NCBI GenBank assembly: GCA_951406725.2
Contig: OX597818.1
Location: 10,168,001 to 10,232,000, forward strand
DNA: 64,000 nucleotides
From: Octopus vulgaris
Taxonomy: Eukaryota
Direction of reading: 5' to 3'
Position numbers and translations under genes: made by a program. Positions 11,898 through 26,927 of this stretch are shown here, piece after piece. The notes under the pieces were generated by a model. It did not search any database and had not been told where the DNA came from. It worked only from the letters and a program-made list of their open reading frames with translations. How positions within the stretch are numbered: the stretch's first letter is position 1; every line of letters starts with the position of its first letter.

Positions 11898-14116
11898 ACA
11901 AAGCTATATATATTGCATACATTGTGCATATAATTACCAGCCAACATTTTATCTTATATATCCTACACATCTTATCGAACATCAAAACATCGATAACGAA
12001 CCAATAATGGGACTGCCACAAGGTTAATCGACTCGTCTGAAATAGCAGCCAATTGTGCAGCGAAATACATAACACTGTTTTAAATAAAAAGATCACCACG
12101 TTAGATAATGTATGTAATCTTAGACGCAGAGTGTTTGAATAAATAGGATGTTCCCAGCCTGAACACCACTAGTGATAGGTTTGTTAGGTCAAAGAGTGTC
12201 TGAGCTATAAAACATATTGCTAACCAATATATACATATGTGTGTATAGTTTGATATGTTTGGCTGAAACTAAACAGATTATAGCTGTCAATTTAAACAAG
12301 CCGCAAACATTTGTATCTTTAGTTACTCATTTTAATTAGAGGCATTCAACAAGAAGCAGCATGGCGACATAGAAAGCGAAACATAATCCTCAGACTGGGC
12401 AGCACAAATATCGTGTTGGCGTGATCAAACAAGATTATTCTCACGACAGACAAACTTTTAATAACTAGGATAAGAAATAAGAATGAAAGAGAGACAACTC
12501 GCACACATGTCGGGTTTTGTTGTGGCTATTAATGGCAACACCAGCTGGTAAATACCATCTGTTTGATACGTTCTTGGACCTATGTGTATATCTTTGTAGC
12601 CACAGAGTTTGATCCATATTACTCAGTATATGTGCATAATTACAGTTGCGTATATCTAGTGCGTACACGTCTCAAGGGATAATAGATTTCATCATGTTAG
12701 TGCGTGAAAGAGAAGTAAATAATAATAATCATAAATCATGAATAAATAAAATTAGAAATAAACGCTGTGTCCGTTATTACGTGGAGGCATGAATATATTA
12801 GGATATATTTCTGCAAATTTGCATATTCAAACTTGTTTACGTGCATACGTTCATTCACTCGTACACATGTCTTTGAATTCCTCAGGGAAGATTCCATTGT
12901 CAAAATTCAGCTGGATACCCATAGCAGTGATTCCTTTTCTACATGTGATTATTCACTCGGTAAACAATGTGCATAGTAGGTACATGTACAGAACTTGTAC
13001 ACGTGGTGGCCTATTGCAGTGTTTCTGTCCTACATCAGCTAAACACTAACACTAACTGTTTCGCTTAAAGTTCACATCAGTTTATGAGTTGATATAAAAG
13101 AGTCATCGTATGGCAGAGCAGGAATATAATTCTAAAGGAAAGTCAGAGGATACTCTATTAATATTTACCCTGAATTGTTTTTGTGGAGAAGTGAAAGAAG
13201 CGTTAAGTTGGATAAGAGGAAGACTGGCAAGAAAACACGGAAGTGAGATGGATAATGAAAGGGTGGAAAGGTAATATAAGGGTGAGAAAATGTGGGAAAT
13301 GAGACGAAATTAAGTTGAAATACTGCTTTCACTTGGATGCCGAAATTATCAAAGTTTTCTTTTGTTATTGTTTCTAACAACAGAATTCCTAATGTATAGC
13401 CGATGGGAAGCCGAACTGTATCTAGGAAAGATATCCTCGAAAGTTTGTAAACTTAAATTTGTTTATACGTGTTCAAGAAAAGGGCGTTTTTGTTTTCCTT
13501 ATTTGTTTTAGGATGTTGGACAATAGAAACAGCGTTCAGAGATTTTCGATACCAGACACGTTTCACTTACTGAAACACTTGTATTTACATGCTTTTGCAG
13601 TAATAATCCATTTTATTGTAGGGTTTCTATACTCTTTTGATCCTTCAAATGCCAGGTAAACTTTGGGAATGAGGTAGAATATCATTTCTTCATGTGATTG
13701 AACGAATATATGCTGCTTGTATCACTTGTGTGTTTCTACGTGCTTCAGTGTCTTGTTCTTTGTTCATATACTATGTTCAGTTGACCTAGATATCAAGAGC
13801 AGAGATACATTGCTGTTAATCTGCATGATTTGCGTTGACTTGCAGGAATTTTACGTTCAGTCAGACGTTTTGCTTGTACTTCTATCATGGCTGACTGAAA
13901 ATACAGACATTTTCTTCTTTTAAAACTGACAGCTTCAGCACTTTTAGTTCCAGCTAACCTAATTAGATTCTTTATAATCTACCTCTAGCATTGATTGCTT
14001 TTATTTCTATCATTTCCATTAAGTTTGTGATTTAGTGCGTATGTATGTATATGTGCGCATGAAGGTTTGTGTGCGTGTGTGTATTTGTATGCATGTGTTT
14101 ATGTATGTGTATGTAA

Positions 14117-14181
<65 letters not shown>

Positions 14182-14204
14182 CAGACAGATGGAGACATGC
14201 AGGC

Positions 14205-14238
<34 letters not shown>

Positions 14239-14241
14239 CAG

Positions 14242-14325
<84 letters not shown>

Positions 14326-16044
14326 CGTGCGTGCGTGAGTGATTGAGGGAGAGAGAGGAGAGAGAAAGTGTATGTTTGTAAGTACATATACTCTACACAT
14401 GAACTTTTCAGCAAATATCAGATATATTTCATTCTATGTTTTATATTATTTAATCTCAGATCAGCAATCACCGACCATCATTACAGTCAAAAGTTTTCTT
14501 ACCGAAATCATAACGTCTTTTAAACTCCATTTTCGAACGTATTATACATGCATTTTAAACTCAGTAAGGTGTGGCTTAGGTCGGTTGATTGCCATTTTCC
14601 AAGAAACCTCGGATCTGTCTCTTGCCGTTATTCAGTCTTCATTTTAATTTGCCTTATATAAATAAAGTACCACTGAAGTGAAATTCATTAGTTTGCCTTA
14701 TCACGTCCTCAGAATTGGCTGCACTGCGAAAACAGCGCACAGGACCATTTATAGTATCACTTTTCTCCACAATGATCACTTCCAGTCTATGGAAGAAGTT
14801 GATTACCAAGAATCCAGCAGAGCAAAGGAAGATGCAAAAACATGAAAAACAGGAGAGCATGATTTTTGAGGGCGATTTGGCTACTATTTCTAACAGATCA
14901 ATCGACCACGTAGAAGCCTTGGCTCTGTATAAGATCTAGAGTTGATCATTTGTTCTGTAAATTAATTTAGTGTTTTAATTAGGGTTTTTCAACAATTCAT
15001 TTCGTTTCTTTTTCCTTGTTCTTTGTCATACATTAATTTGATATCATTTTCTCAAGTTTTCTTTATTTTTTTCTTTCCTTTAATATTGTCTTTATCTCCG
15101 TTTTTGATGTTCTTCATTTGAAATGGATTAATAAAAAAAATACAAATGCATACACAGACACAAACACTTAGACGCACACAGACATACACACACACATATA
15201 TAGATATATGCGCACGCACACACACATAAAGATATATATATATGTATATGTATATATTGAAAATTCCACTTTATAAGAAGCAATATCGTGCTTAGGATGG
15301 CATCATCTTCAACTTCAAAAACAACACTCTATTGTAAGATCAATGATTTCTACACAAGTTCCAAGAATTTCCATTATTCAATAGAATAAAATTGAATGCA
15401 AAAAAAAAAAGAAAAAAAGAACTTTTTTACAAGACACAAAAAATGGAAACAAAAGCCAAAAAAAAAAACAATTAAAGTAACAACCAAACAAAAACACACA
15501 AAATGAAAACTTTCCGAAAAGAAAAAAGCAATAATTCTGTGAATTGTTTTATTTGTGATGTGTTCTGCAATTTCTTTTTATAATTTCTATCTTCGTTTGC
15601 TTGCTTTGTTTTATTTTTATTAATCTCTTATCTAGACAACATATCCTTCCTTGTGTGTTGTTTTAACTTTGTTTTTAGTTTTTCTTTTATAATTTATTTT
15701 TATTTATTCTTGTTTTCAAATCTTTATCACTTTTATTTCTCTTCTCTGTTTACATCTATGGCAACTCAATTTCTCCAATCACTTTGGTTTAACATATCAC
15801 ATTGCCATCTATCAAAGTTTATCTCCTGTCTATGCCAGTTCTTTTAATTCTCAAACATCAGCTAATACCCTCTTTTGAATAAATCTGCAAACTTTTTGAC
15901 AACCAAAATCTTTCCTCGCTGATTTTTAAGCTTCTATAAATGTTAGATTTTTTTCAGTACATATTTCTTACAGATCATATGATTATTATTGCCAGTAAAC
16001 TGAAGAAAAAATGGTATTTCCTATATCGTTATTATTAATAACAA

Positions 16045-16101
<57 letters not shown>

Positions 16102-16912
16102 CATTACTATTATTATTATGCGTGTCTTAACCATACTATGTTGATCAATTACTTCACTTGAAGAAAGCAAAATATGGTTAAGAAATGAAATTAAAACTCA
16201 GAATAGTATAACTAGGTTCGATTCTAGTTAAAGACCCAAGATGCTTTTGGTGTAAATTTCAGTGGCTCTTTGCAGTGTTTAGCTTCGATGTCAGCTTACT
16301 CCGTGTGTACAGGGAGGAAATCCAACATCCAATACAACTGTAGCATCAAACATGTCGCACTCAACATGTAGTAGTCATCACTAGACATGCTCTCTTTCCT
16401 CGTTTTCATTTTCTATGTATTGGAATGAAGATATTCTAAATATCTAATGTTTTATTCCAAAGCGCCTTAAGTCTATAGAATTGTAAAAATGCTAATGGAA
16501 AATGTTTTAAACTCCAAAGAATTTCGAAGATATCTTTCTGAGCTTTGACTTCAACGTGCAAAGCTAACGTGAGATATATACACATACCTGGTTAGAAAGC
16601 TTGTGTATGACTGGTTACTTTCCTCGATTAACTGTGCATTGTTGCTAAAGTAATGTTAACTGGGTGGCAGAATGGAGTAATCTGTAACAATGTTCTCTGC
16701 GCAGAAATAAAACAGAATCACGTGGTAGCAACCCAACACTTTATCCCCTTAGCTATCTTGTTTCATGTTATATCTTATTCTAAAAAGGAGAAACAGTGTC
16801 CAAGACATTTGGTAACCCGCCCAAAATGTACAGGTTGATGTCTGCAGCCAATATTTACCGCAAGTCACCGATAAGATTCTCGTGAACTTCATATTCGGTT
16901 TCCCTTGTTCAT

Positions 16913-17215
<303 letters not shown>

Positions 17216-17218
17216 ATG

Positions 17219-17395
17219 TTTGCGAGCAGGCAAAATCGTAAGCACCCCTCGCGAAATGCTAAGCAGTATTCGCCTGTCTTTACATTCTGAGTTCAAATTC
17301 CGCCGGGGCCAACTTTGCCTTTCATCTGTTCGAGGTCGATGAAATATGTACCAGTGGAGCACTGGGGTCCATGGAATCGACTTCCCTATTCCTGA
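17219..17395 (+). mobile_element. SINE family B
   Basis: GCGAGCAGGCAAAATCGTAAGCAC head, TTCTGAGTTCAAATTCCGCC B-box region, CTTTGCCTTTCATC core. Confidence 0.8.
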
Positions 17396-17678
17396 GTAAG
17401 AATATAAAAACTGCACTCCCCTGTCAAACAATGTCGAACCAGTGTAGCAAAGTAGGCTAATTGAAACAACATGGTCGGACCGTGGCTGGTGAAGAGAACA
17501 TAGTGGGGCCTTCGTCCTACAGTGGGCTGAACATGGACAATCCAATTCAATCCAATATTTAATATATATATACACACACACATATATATGTGATATACGT
17601 ATATGTATTTAGCAAAAGATGACATCCCCAAATATAACAATATAAATTTATTTATTTATATGTATATGAGTGTGTGCA

Positions 17679-17755
<77 letters not shown>

Positions 17756-18202
17756 TATATACTAGGAATACACACACACGCACATTCACACAATCTCACT
17801 CACACACACACACACAGACACTCACTCACACACACATACACACATACATGGAGAAGAATCAAATCAAATACTATTCATCAAACAACATCGCTGAAATCCT
17901 CACATTGATTTCGACATCTGGGATTTATGTTCCTTGTCTTTTGTTTGGCTGAGTGTTTTATATGTTCCACAGGAAAATGGTCAAACTTAGCCGGTAATTC
18001 TAAAATGTCCAATGAATTTCTATTATGAAGGGAGCAAACAGTTCCACCACGACCACTAAATGCAAACTTTGTTCTGCCAAATATTTTACAACTTCAATCA
18101 TTCGCTCAAGCAGTGAGTGCCAATTCTTCTTTTCAGTCTCCATTTCCTTCACAAGTTGAGAATCGATACATTTACCTTTGTTTTTATGAAATTAAAGCTT
18201 AC

Positions 18203-18388
18203 CTATTATAGGAACTTTCTTCATGTCGACCAAAGAGATCGGTTGCATTTTGCAGTAAATAAACCTCTCTCCAATTTTATGAACACCTTGAGTCATAACC
18301 TTGCATGAGAAACAATAGGCTTCCGTTGCTCTTTGAACATTACAAACAATTTCTTGCATGTTGCTGGTTTGTAGGTTTATAAACACGG
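18203..18388 (-). other. Candidate isolated spliced exon (186 nt, phase 1-1)
   Basis: Acceptor TTTTATTTCAG, donor AG|GTAAGC, length divisible by 3, a single open frame (VFINLQTSNMQEIVCNVQRATEAYCFSCKV...). No partner exons identified. Confidence 0.3.
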
Positions 18389-18715
18389 CTGAAATAAAAC
18401 TTCAGAGAAAGCAGAGGTTCCTTTTCATCGTTATACAATCACATGAATAAATACAAGTCACTATTAGCATGTTGACATTCATTACTTCCTTTGGCTATCC
18501 AATATTCTCGATAAGAATCATCGAAATTGTTCGGCATTTTGGCATTTTAGCATTTACCGATATCATTAGACTATTTGTTCTTGTCACTTGACTGTTTCTG
18601 AATGCCTTTTCCTAACTAGTACCAGTGATTCCTATGTTTCCAGCTTCAGTTTTATAGTAATCAACACTATCTTCATATCAGCCAACATATTTTTTATATG
18701 AGTTAGTCTCTTTAG

Positions 18716-18892
18716 ACGGCGAACTGGCGGAATCGTTGGCACGACGAGCGAAGTGCTTAGTGGCATTTTCTCTATCTTTACTTGCTGAGTTCAAATTCTA
18801 CCGAAGTCAACCTTGCCTTCCAGCACATGGGTCGATGTAATCGACATATCTCTCCCCCGAAATTGCTGACCTTGTTCCGAAGTTTGAAACCG
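18716..18892 (+). mobile_element. SINE family B
   Basis: GGCGAACTGGCGGAATCGTTGGCAC head, CTGAGTTCAAATTC, 3' AAATTGCTGACCTTGTTCCGAAGTTTGAAACC. Confidence 0.8.
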
Positions 18893-20558
18893 AGTTAGTT
18901 TCTTCTTTCCTTCGCTTTATATTTTGTAGTTCTGCAAACATAATGAGGTACAGAATGATCTCTTGCTCTGTTATATGTTGCCTATATAAGGCAATAGAAA
19001 AATTCTCTGAAAATATGCATTTAAGAAGAAATGTTTTATGTAAATAATCGTGCGAAATAAAGCAAGAAGCCATATCTGCGTGTTCTAAGATAGCAGTAGC
19101 AAAAGTTAGCATGTTATAAAGGAACAGCTTTAGAACAACAGAAAATAAAATCTGGATTGATTTAGGTATAAAACACCGATAAGAGAAATTGGTTGCATAA
19201 ATGAAATAAGGATATACTTCAGCGTTCAGGAAAAGCGTGAATCAAGTTAATCCATTGTACAGCAATGTTTTTTCACCACAACAACAGACAATAAAAGATC
19301 TGCAATGATTTCACTTTCAACTTTAACACATTTTAAGATTCAAGGACGGATGTAAACAAATTCTGAATGAATTGAAATTTATTTCTTAGATGGAGGAAGT
19401 TATCAAAAACATTGCGACAGTTGTTAGCGACTCTCAAAAAGAAGTGATAATTTCAAGAAATTAAAATCTAATTCAATAAACCCAGTGGCAATCTCATTTT
19501 TACAGAGAAGACAACTACGGAATTGTTTCGATTTTATTTGACCTCATCAGTAAACAACATTTTCTTAAAACTTGCTTGATCGGAGACTATAAATTTTTAC
19601 AAAGAAAAAACTGTCAAGAAGTATTTTCACCCAAGTAATCTGCATAATTACAAAAACATAGCCGAAGAAAGCCAAAAACATGAATTTAGAAAACTGAAGG
19701 AATTTGTAATGTACATATTGTTTAGTCTCATCACGGCAATGTTACAGAATTCCAAAAGAGAAAGTGAAATAATGTCAAGAAATTAACAATTATTCTCATA
19801 GAATACGTAATTTTCAAGACTTGCGGTGGTGTGTCTGCCCTTTACAAGTACATCACGTGACACGCATACATCATCTTTGTAGCTCTGCGAACATTTTATA
19901 AAATCACATAGGTACATGTGCACGCACTACCTCCACACATACACACACACACAGTCAAACACATTATGATATAGATACATGTATGAGTGTGCTGAGCATA
20001 TATGTGTGTTTACAATATGTATAAGTATGTTAGTTTCACATATGAGTGTAAGAAGAGAGGGTAAACGCTGAATACAGAAACCGAGTGTAGATGTTTACTG
20101 TGGAGCTGCGATTAGTTTCACTTAACTGGCGATAGTTTGGTTTTGCCTCTGTACATCTAACCTAATTTGTTAGAGACAGGTTGTCTATTATACATTAGTA
20201 ACGGGGACAGGGTTAAATGGGAAGCACTAAAAGTAACAAACTAACAGAACAGCCAGTTCTTCAGCATATGTGTGTCTGTTTATATGCGTGTATGTGTGTG
20301 TGTATGCACATATGAATAATTACACACGCATGCACACACATGTATATCATATACATATGCATATACATATATGTGTATTATATACGTATATATATGCATA
20401 TATTCATAAGTATATAAGTGTATATATATATATATATATACATGTATATACATATATGTATATGTATATGTATATATATATATATACATTTATGTATATA
20501 TATACATATATATATGTATATAATAATACATATATATATGTGTGTGTTATATATAGTG

Positions 20559-20610
<52 letters not shown>

Positions 20611-22518
20611 GAATATATATCTATATATGTTGATATAAATGTATATACATATGTATGTATACGTGTGTGTGTGTGTGTGTGTGTGTATAAATCACTTGAG
20701 CTATATACCTGCAGGACTTGGCACAAAATTAAATAGGTTAATTAAATTCAGAAATATATGGCTGCAATCAACATTGTTGGTATTATTTTTTTTCTTCCTT
20801 CCTCAAACTTTTTATTTTATTCTACTTAATATTTGTCCATCATTAGACTGTTTCTTTTCTTAAGAGTATACGTAAAAAAATATAATGCATTAATGAAAAC
20901 AAAATTAACAGAGAAAAAAAATAATGATACACCATCCCCATCCTCATTCTCTTGTCCACTGTTTTTCCATTGAGTTTATAACTGTTTATTCATTATACTA
21001 ACTACTACCACCACCCTCATGTCATCGCATCACCGCCGCCATCAACACTGATGCTATTACTAACATCACTCCGCCGCCGCTATCACGCCTCATCTTAAAC
21101 ATTTCTTAATGACAAAACAATAATATGAAAATAAGCATTCCAAAATACATTCCTAAAATCAATTAATCTCGATAGACATCACATATAAGGACATTGTGTT
21201 ACAACCACACCTAAATGCATATAAAGTATGCCAAAAAAACTGCGTAAATAAATAACAACAATAACAAGAAACATACTGGTTATCTATCTTTAACGATCTA
21301 AGTTAATCGAAGTTTTTCAACTTAAAATATTATACATGTGAGACTTTATCGTATTATATTAGTTTTAGATATTGAAAAATTATCGTTAAGAATACATTTA
21401 TGTGTCCATACATAAGTCTATATTATTTAAGTGCGTCTGTATATGTATGTGTGTGTGTCTGTGTAAAGGCTTGTGGCTATGTGTATGTTTGTGTAATAGT
21501 CCCTATATGTATATAAATATGTACGCATATATATAGATATATATATGTTTACATATGCATACACACACATATATACACACACACACACACTCATGCACAC
21601 GCACGACCATACATACAATTATTCATGCATTTATGTGTATGTGTATGTAGGTGTACGTAAGTATGTAATGCTTGGGTGAATATATGTATGGGTGTGCTTA
21701 TATGTATGCAGATATGTATGTATCTCTATGCATGAATATGCGTATGTATACATATATATATGTGTGTGTGTATGTGTATGAATGTATGTATATATGTATA
21801 TGTATATGTATGTCTGTCTGTATCCATGTACGTATGTATGTATTTACATGTATATATGTGTATGAATGTGTGTGTATGTATGTATGTATTTATGTGTATG
21901 TATATGTTTGTATGTAAATGCATGCATGTACGTATATGTATGCATGCATGTACGTATATGTATGCATGTATGTATCTATATGCGTATGAATGTATGTGTA
22001 TGTATGCATGTAGGTATTATGTATGTATGTATGTATGTATGTATGTATGTATGTATGTATGTATGTATGTATGTATGTATGTATGTATGTATGTTCCCGA
22101 ATCCATTTTACAGCGCCGTAAATGTTCGAGGGAGTTAATGTGTCAATGTATATAACTACATGGCTGAATATACTTGCACTCATGTGATACATGTTTTTTT
22201 GTTTTTCCCCGCACCAGAATATGTGATTATTCTTTATACATTGCATGTGTAAGTGTGGCGCTATAAACACACATACGATTGTGTTTATATTTTCATTCCA
22301 TTCCAAGAAGCTCAAATCGAGAATCTTTGGAATGTTTTACAAATCTTCTACAAAGTATACGCATGTATGCATGTATGCATGTCCCTGCACATACATGTAT
22401 GTTTGTATGTATGTATGTTTTATTTTTCGACTTTTTTCTTTACTTCTTTTGTCAATCCATTCATATGCCATCAGCTGCCACTCCACACAGATAGATCTAA
22501 AGAATATGTGATTTTACA

Positions 22519-22613
22519 TTACCACCACCGCCACCACCTTTACCACCACCGCCACCACCTTTACCACCACCGCCACCACCTTTACCACCACCGCCACCAC
22601 CTCTGCCACCACC
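22519..22613. repeat. 21-bp tandem repeat (TTTACCACCACCGCCACCACC), about 4 copies
   Basis: Read directly from the sequence, inside a CAC-rich low-complexity tract. Confidence 0.9.
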
Positions 22614-23091
22614 AAAAACAACAACAACAACAGCACTACATCACTGTTTACCATCATAACATCACCACCACTATATTATCTCCGTTCATCACTTTGCTGT
22701 AGCTAACGCTACAATAACCGCCACCACATCTACTGCCGCAAAACTACAGCTGTAACCGCCGCTTCTACTGCACTGTCATGACCCTTTAGTCATCCCCATA
22801 ACATACCCACCACCAAAATCACCATCACAATCCCCACCAACTCCACCATCACAGGCCCCTACCACTACCACTTCCTTTATAACAGCGCCTTTACCACCAC
22901 ACCATATTTCCATGTCAACACCATTACAACTCAAATAATCCCACCACCACTACCACTACATTTCCAACCACTGCTACTACTATTACTACCATACCAACAC
23001 TATCATGAAATCATCAACACCACGACATCAGCACTATGGAGACCAGTATTTAATCAGAAATTCTCTCAACACATAAATTACTGTATTTGAG

Positions 23092-23436
23092 CAGTGTTTC
23101 TCAACCAGGATCCATATGACCCCAGGGTCCTATATAAGAATTTTGGGGATGCGTACAAACAAAATAGAAAATTGGGGATCCACGGTAGTATATTAAGGGT
23201 CCGTGAAAATTTTTTGATTTCGATGTATTTGTTGCAAAAAACAGCTGAGTTTCTTTCTCTAATGCTTTACATGGTTCAACCTACACAAATTAATGTGTGA
23301 AAAATATAACAGGAATTCAGAAAGAAGTTTCTATAAAACTACTTTAGAAACATCGAATGTCCATAGGGGTCCACCAGTGTAAAAGAGTAATCAAAAGGGT
23401 TCATAGGCAAAAAAAAAAAAAAGTTGGGAAGCATTG
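23092..23436. mobile_element. Non-autonomous hAT (Charlie-like) MITE
   Basis: Left TIR CAGTGTTTCTCAACC, decayed right TIR AGTTGGGAAGCATTG, subterminal GGG(G/A)TCC(A/G) motifs. Flanks TATTTGAG and ATTTAGAG resemble a decayed 8-bp TSD. Confidence 0.7.
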
Positions 23437-24427
23437 ATTTAGAGAAGTATTGCTTTTTTACCAGAAGAACGAGGTAAAGTTCACTCCACTGTTTTACTAG
23501 TATGTATTTTATCAACTTCAAGGATGATGAATCGACTTTGTTGGTGTTTGAACTCCGTGCGTAAAAGGACATATATATCGGTAATTTCCCTTATCTTTCA
23601 AAGGAATATTTATAACTTCATAAGAAAGTCTGTCACGATGAAGATGGGTTAGAGCAGTGGTAGGTCCCACCGTAAGCTACGTGTGAAAGCAGACGTTCTA
23701 TAATAAGTTGATCTGTTTTCGCTCTATTTACCTATGATACTTGTGATTTATGGTTTTAATCAAAAATAACATACGTATTTGTTCGTCTAAAGTTAGCCGA
23801 GATGCTCTCAAACTACAGCGTGAGAGATAGAGCTGCATATTGCCTATCACGGGGTTAATGGATATTTTTATGGTGTTCCAGTCAAAATCTGAAAATTTGA
23901 TGTACAAAAAACATATAATGAACTTAATTTCTTCTTAAATCTGATTGCAGATTATTAATGTGGTAAAGCCGAACTATATATGAGTATTTTTAAATCAAAC
24001 TAAAATAGATCCTCTTTTACGGAGGAGGAACGGAGCCAGTGTATTTTTGATTAGTCTGGTGGTGGTGGTGGTGGTGGTTGTTGTTGTTGTTATTCGTGTT
24101 GTTCCTATTGAGTAGCAGTAAGAAGCACTGCTTAAACGGATATCAGTCATAAGGTCACACAACCAAATTTAATGGGGCAATTCGCAACTCGAGAAATGTG
24201 CGTATATACGTATATACACATAGACGCATACACATATTTATCGCGCACATACACATACAAATATACACACATACATATAAGGCATGAAAATATGGGATAT
24301 GGAATGAATGTATTTAGATACATAACATTAAGAGCTTCACCTTCCAATATATTGTATATTATATATTTTGATACAATACATAGATATATACGGTATCAAT
24401 ATATATAAAGATATAAGTGAGATATGA

Positions 24428-24458
<31 letters not shown>

Positions 24459-24585
24459 CGAGAAAAGAAGCTTTTATATATATATATATGTATATATATA
24501 TAACACATAAAGTTGTAATATGGACATCTACAAATTGGATATATAGTATAAAAATGCAGAATACATGATATTTGCAAATATAAGA

Positions 24586-24795
24586 TAAGGCGACGCGTTG
24601 GTAGTATTGTTATCACACAGGACAAAATGCTTAAGCCATTTCGTCCGTCTTTCCGTTCTGAGTTCACATTCTGATAAGGTCGGATCTGTTGGTCGGGGTC
24701 GATAAAATACGCGTCGGTTGAACACAGAGGTCGGTGTCATTGACTTGCCCTCGCCCGTGAAATTGCTCGCCTTATGCGAAAAAATTTGAAGCCAA
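24586..24795 (+). mobile_element. SINE family B
   Basis: AAGGCGACGCGTTGGTAG head, CGTTCTGAGTTCACATTC, GGGGTCGATAAAATA, tail AATTTGAAGCC. Confidence 0.75.
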
Positions 24796-25820
24796 TATAA
24801 GATATAGAGATATGATTAATAAATGAGGTAAAATGAGTTACATTGTTATGTATTGATGTATCTCAGTTAATGGTAATTCTCCTCTCAACAGGAGAAAGAA
24901 TACAAAAACCGAGCGCCATTGGTTAGTGACTATCAAAAAACGGTGAACATATTTTAAACAAATTAAGAATTAATTTTACAAAAATTTATTTATATATTTA
25001 AGAGAAAATTTGCTTTTTTTAAATGATTTTTAAAAAATTTATTGGTAAAGGGACCATTAAGAACATGTTCTGGTCAAATTAAACCTGCATCCTCAACACA
25101 GTATAGTTAATGCAAGTGTGCTTTGAACAATCAGACAGTTTGTTCCCCCTCACCACCACCATCTACAAAGTGTAATAGAATGACTGGGATAGTAGTAATT
25201 AACATAATTAAAGAAAAGCAGCTGAAGTAGTTCAATGGAATGAATTAAATAAATAACTTAAGGTGTGATGCATTGAATGACATATACAAAACATTGATTA
25301 AAATTTTCCACTAAGATGGACTGAAAACTTACAAGTATTTGAAATTATCTCTCTAGCAACGCAGAGATAATTTCAAGCAATTCAGCATAAATTTCATTAC
25401 ATTTCATTATACGATTTTAATCTTTCTTTGCAGGCAAAGGGATAGTTGCTGATATTTCTGGTTTTATTTGATTTTCTTAGTACAGAATATTCTACTCAAG
25501 CCTGCTTTCGCCAATAGACATAATTTGTTACATAAAAATTCGAATGAAGTCCCAGTCGCAAAGACTATGGTCATGAGTGTGCTAGCAGAAACCGTAACGG
25601 TATATTTTTTTGGTGTATCCTTTATTAAAAAATATTAGAATTTAATTTGGAGAAGATTTGGCTGCTTTTTCTAACAAGCCGGTCGCCAACTTGCTCGGAG
25701 GCTTCTTTGGTCTATCTCAAAAATCTAGAGAGTGAGAGACACTGAATGAGAGGGAGAGATAAAAACCCCATGTAGTCATTCAGTAGGCCAAACGAGTGTA
25801 TAGAAGTTATTTATCTCCCC

Positions 25821-25866
<46 letters not shown>

Positions 25867-26074
25867 GAATGTATGTATGTTTTCTTTCTGTTTTTAATTT
25901 TAGAATAAGTTTTGACCAGCCACCTACTCACTTGGTAGCAAGGTTGCGAAGGAAAACAATTTGTTTAGTGCATCATCCTTTAAATCTTAAGGTCTTGCAG
26001 ATTTTTATCGCCTCAGATATCGTAATCATTTGTAACATATGAATTAAGGATTTGCATTCTCTCCCCAAGATCCC

Positions 26075-26208
26075 AAGTTAGCTTACGGGAACTCAAGCAA
26101 ACCAACACCGGTTATCAAGCGGTGGGGTGCGACAAACAGGGACACAAACGCACATGCGCACGCACACGCACACACACATACACACACACACAAACATAGA
26201 AACATATT

Positions 26209-26259
<51 letters not shown>

Positions 26260-26427
26260 CGGGTTTCTTTCAGTTTTCAGTTTCCGTCTATCAAATCGGT
26301 TCATAAGGCTTTGGTCGGCTCGGGGCTATAGTAGAGGACACTTCCTCAAGGTGCCAAACAGTGGAACTGAACCCGGAGCCAAGTGGTTAGGAAGCAAGCC
26401 TCTAATCAAACAGCTACACCAGCGCCT
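26075..26427 (-). mobile_element. SINE family A, 3'-truncated
   Basis: Reverse complement of the family A head and CORE-like region (26258-26427), internal microsatellite, and part of the 3' body (26075-26150). Confidence 0.8.
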
Positions 26428-26809
26428 TTGCTTAATATTATCAATTCTTTTTTTTGTATTCTTTTTTAGAAGACTGTGCCCCAGTTATTACAATAAGCTG
26501 CTTCAACTGTATTTGGAACGAAACATTAAGCATTACAAACATGTAGAGGAAGTGCAGCCACTCCTACATCTCCTGGTTAAGATTGAAAACAAGATAACTT
26601 GTTGATTTGTTCAATAGCAAACGTCAGTTCTATTTATGAGTGTGTGCATGATTGTGTGCGCATATATGACTACGTGTGTGTATGTGTGTGTGTGTATCTG
26701 TGCGTATGTGTATGCTTGAATGAGAGATTTTGCATGTGGTTGCTTTTATGTACGAACGCTAGTTTGTGTGAAATGATTATATCAGACTGTCCATCTTGAC
26801 AAAAATATA

Positions 26810-26890
<81 letters not shown>

Positions 26891-26895
26891 TATAC

Positions 26896-26927
<32 letters not shown>

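Noticed and set aside
12465-13930. Complex non-repetitive stretch with several short ORFs, a possible gene 5' region
   Set aside because: No recognisable protein motif or consistent exon chain could be assembled from the sequence alone.
22519-22613. Regular short direct repeats considered as a CRISPR-like array (also 33955-34295 and 37867-37930)
   Set aside because: The units are head-to-tail with no unique spacers, there are no cas genes, and the context is eukaryotic.
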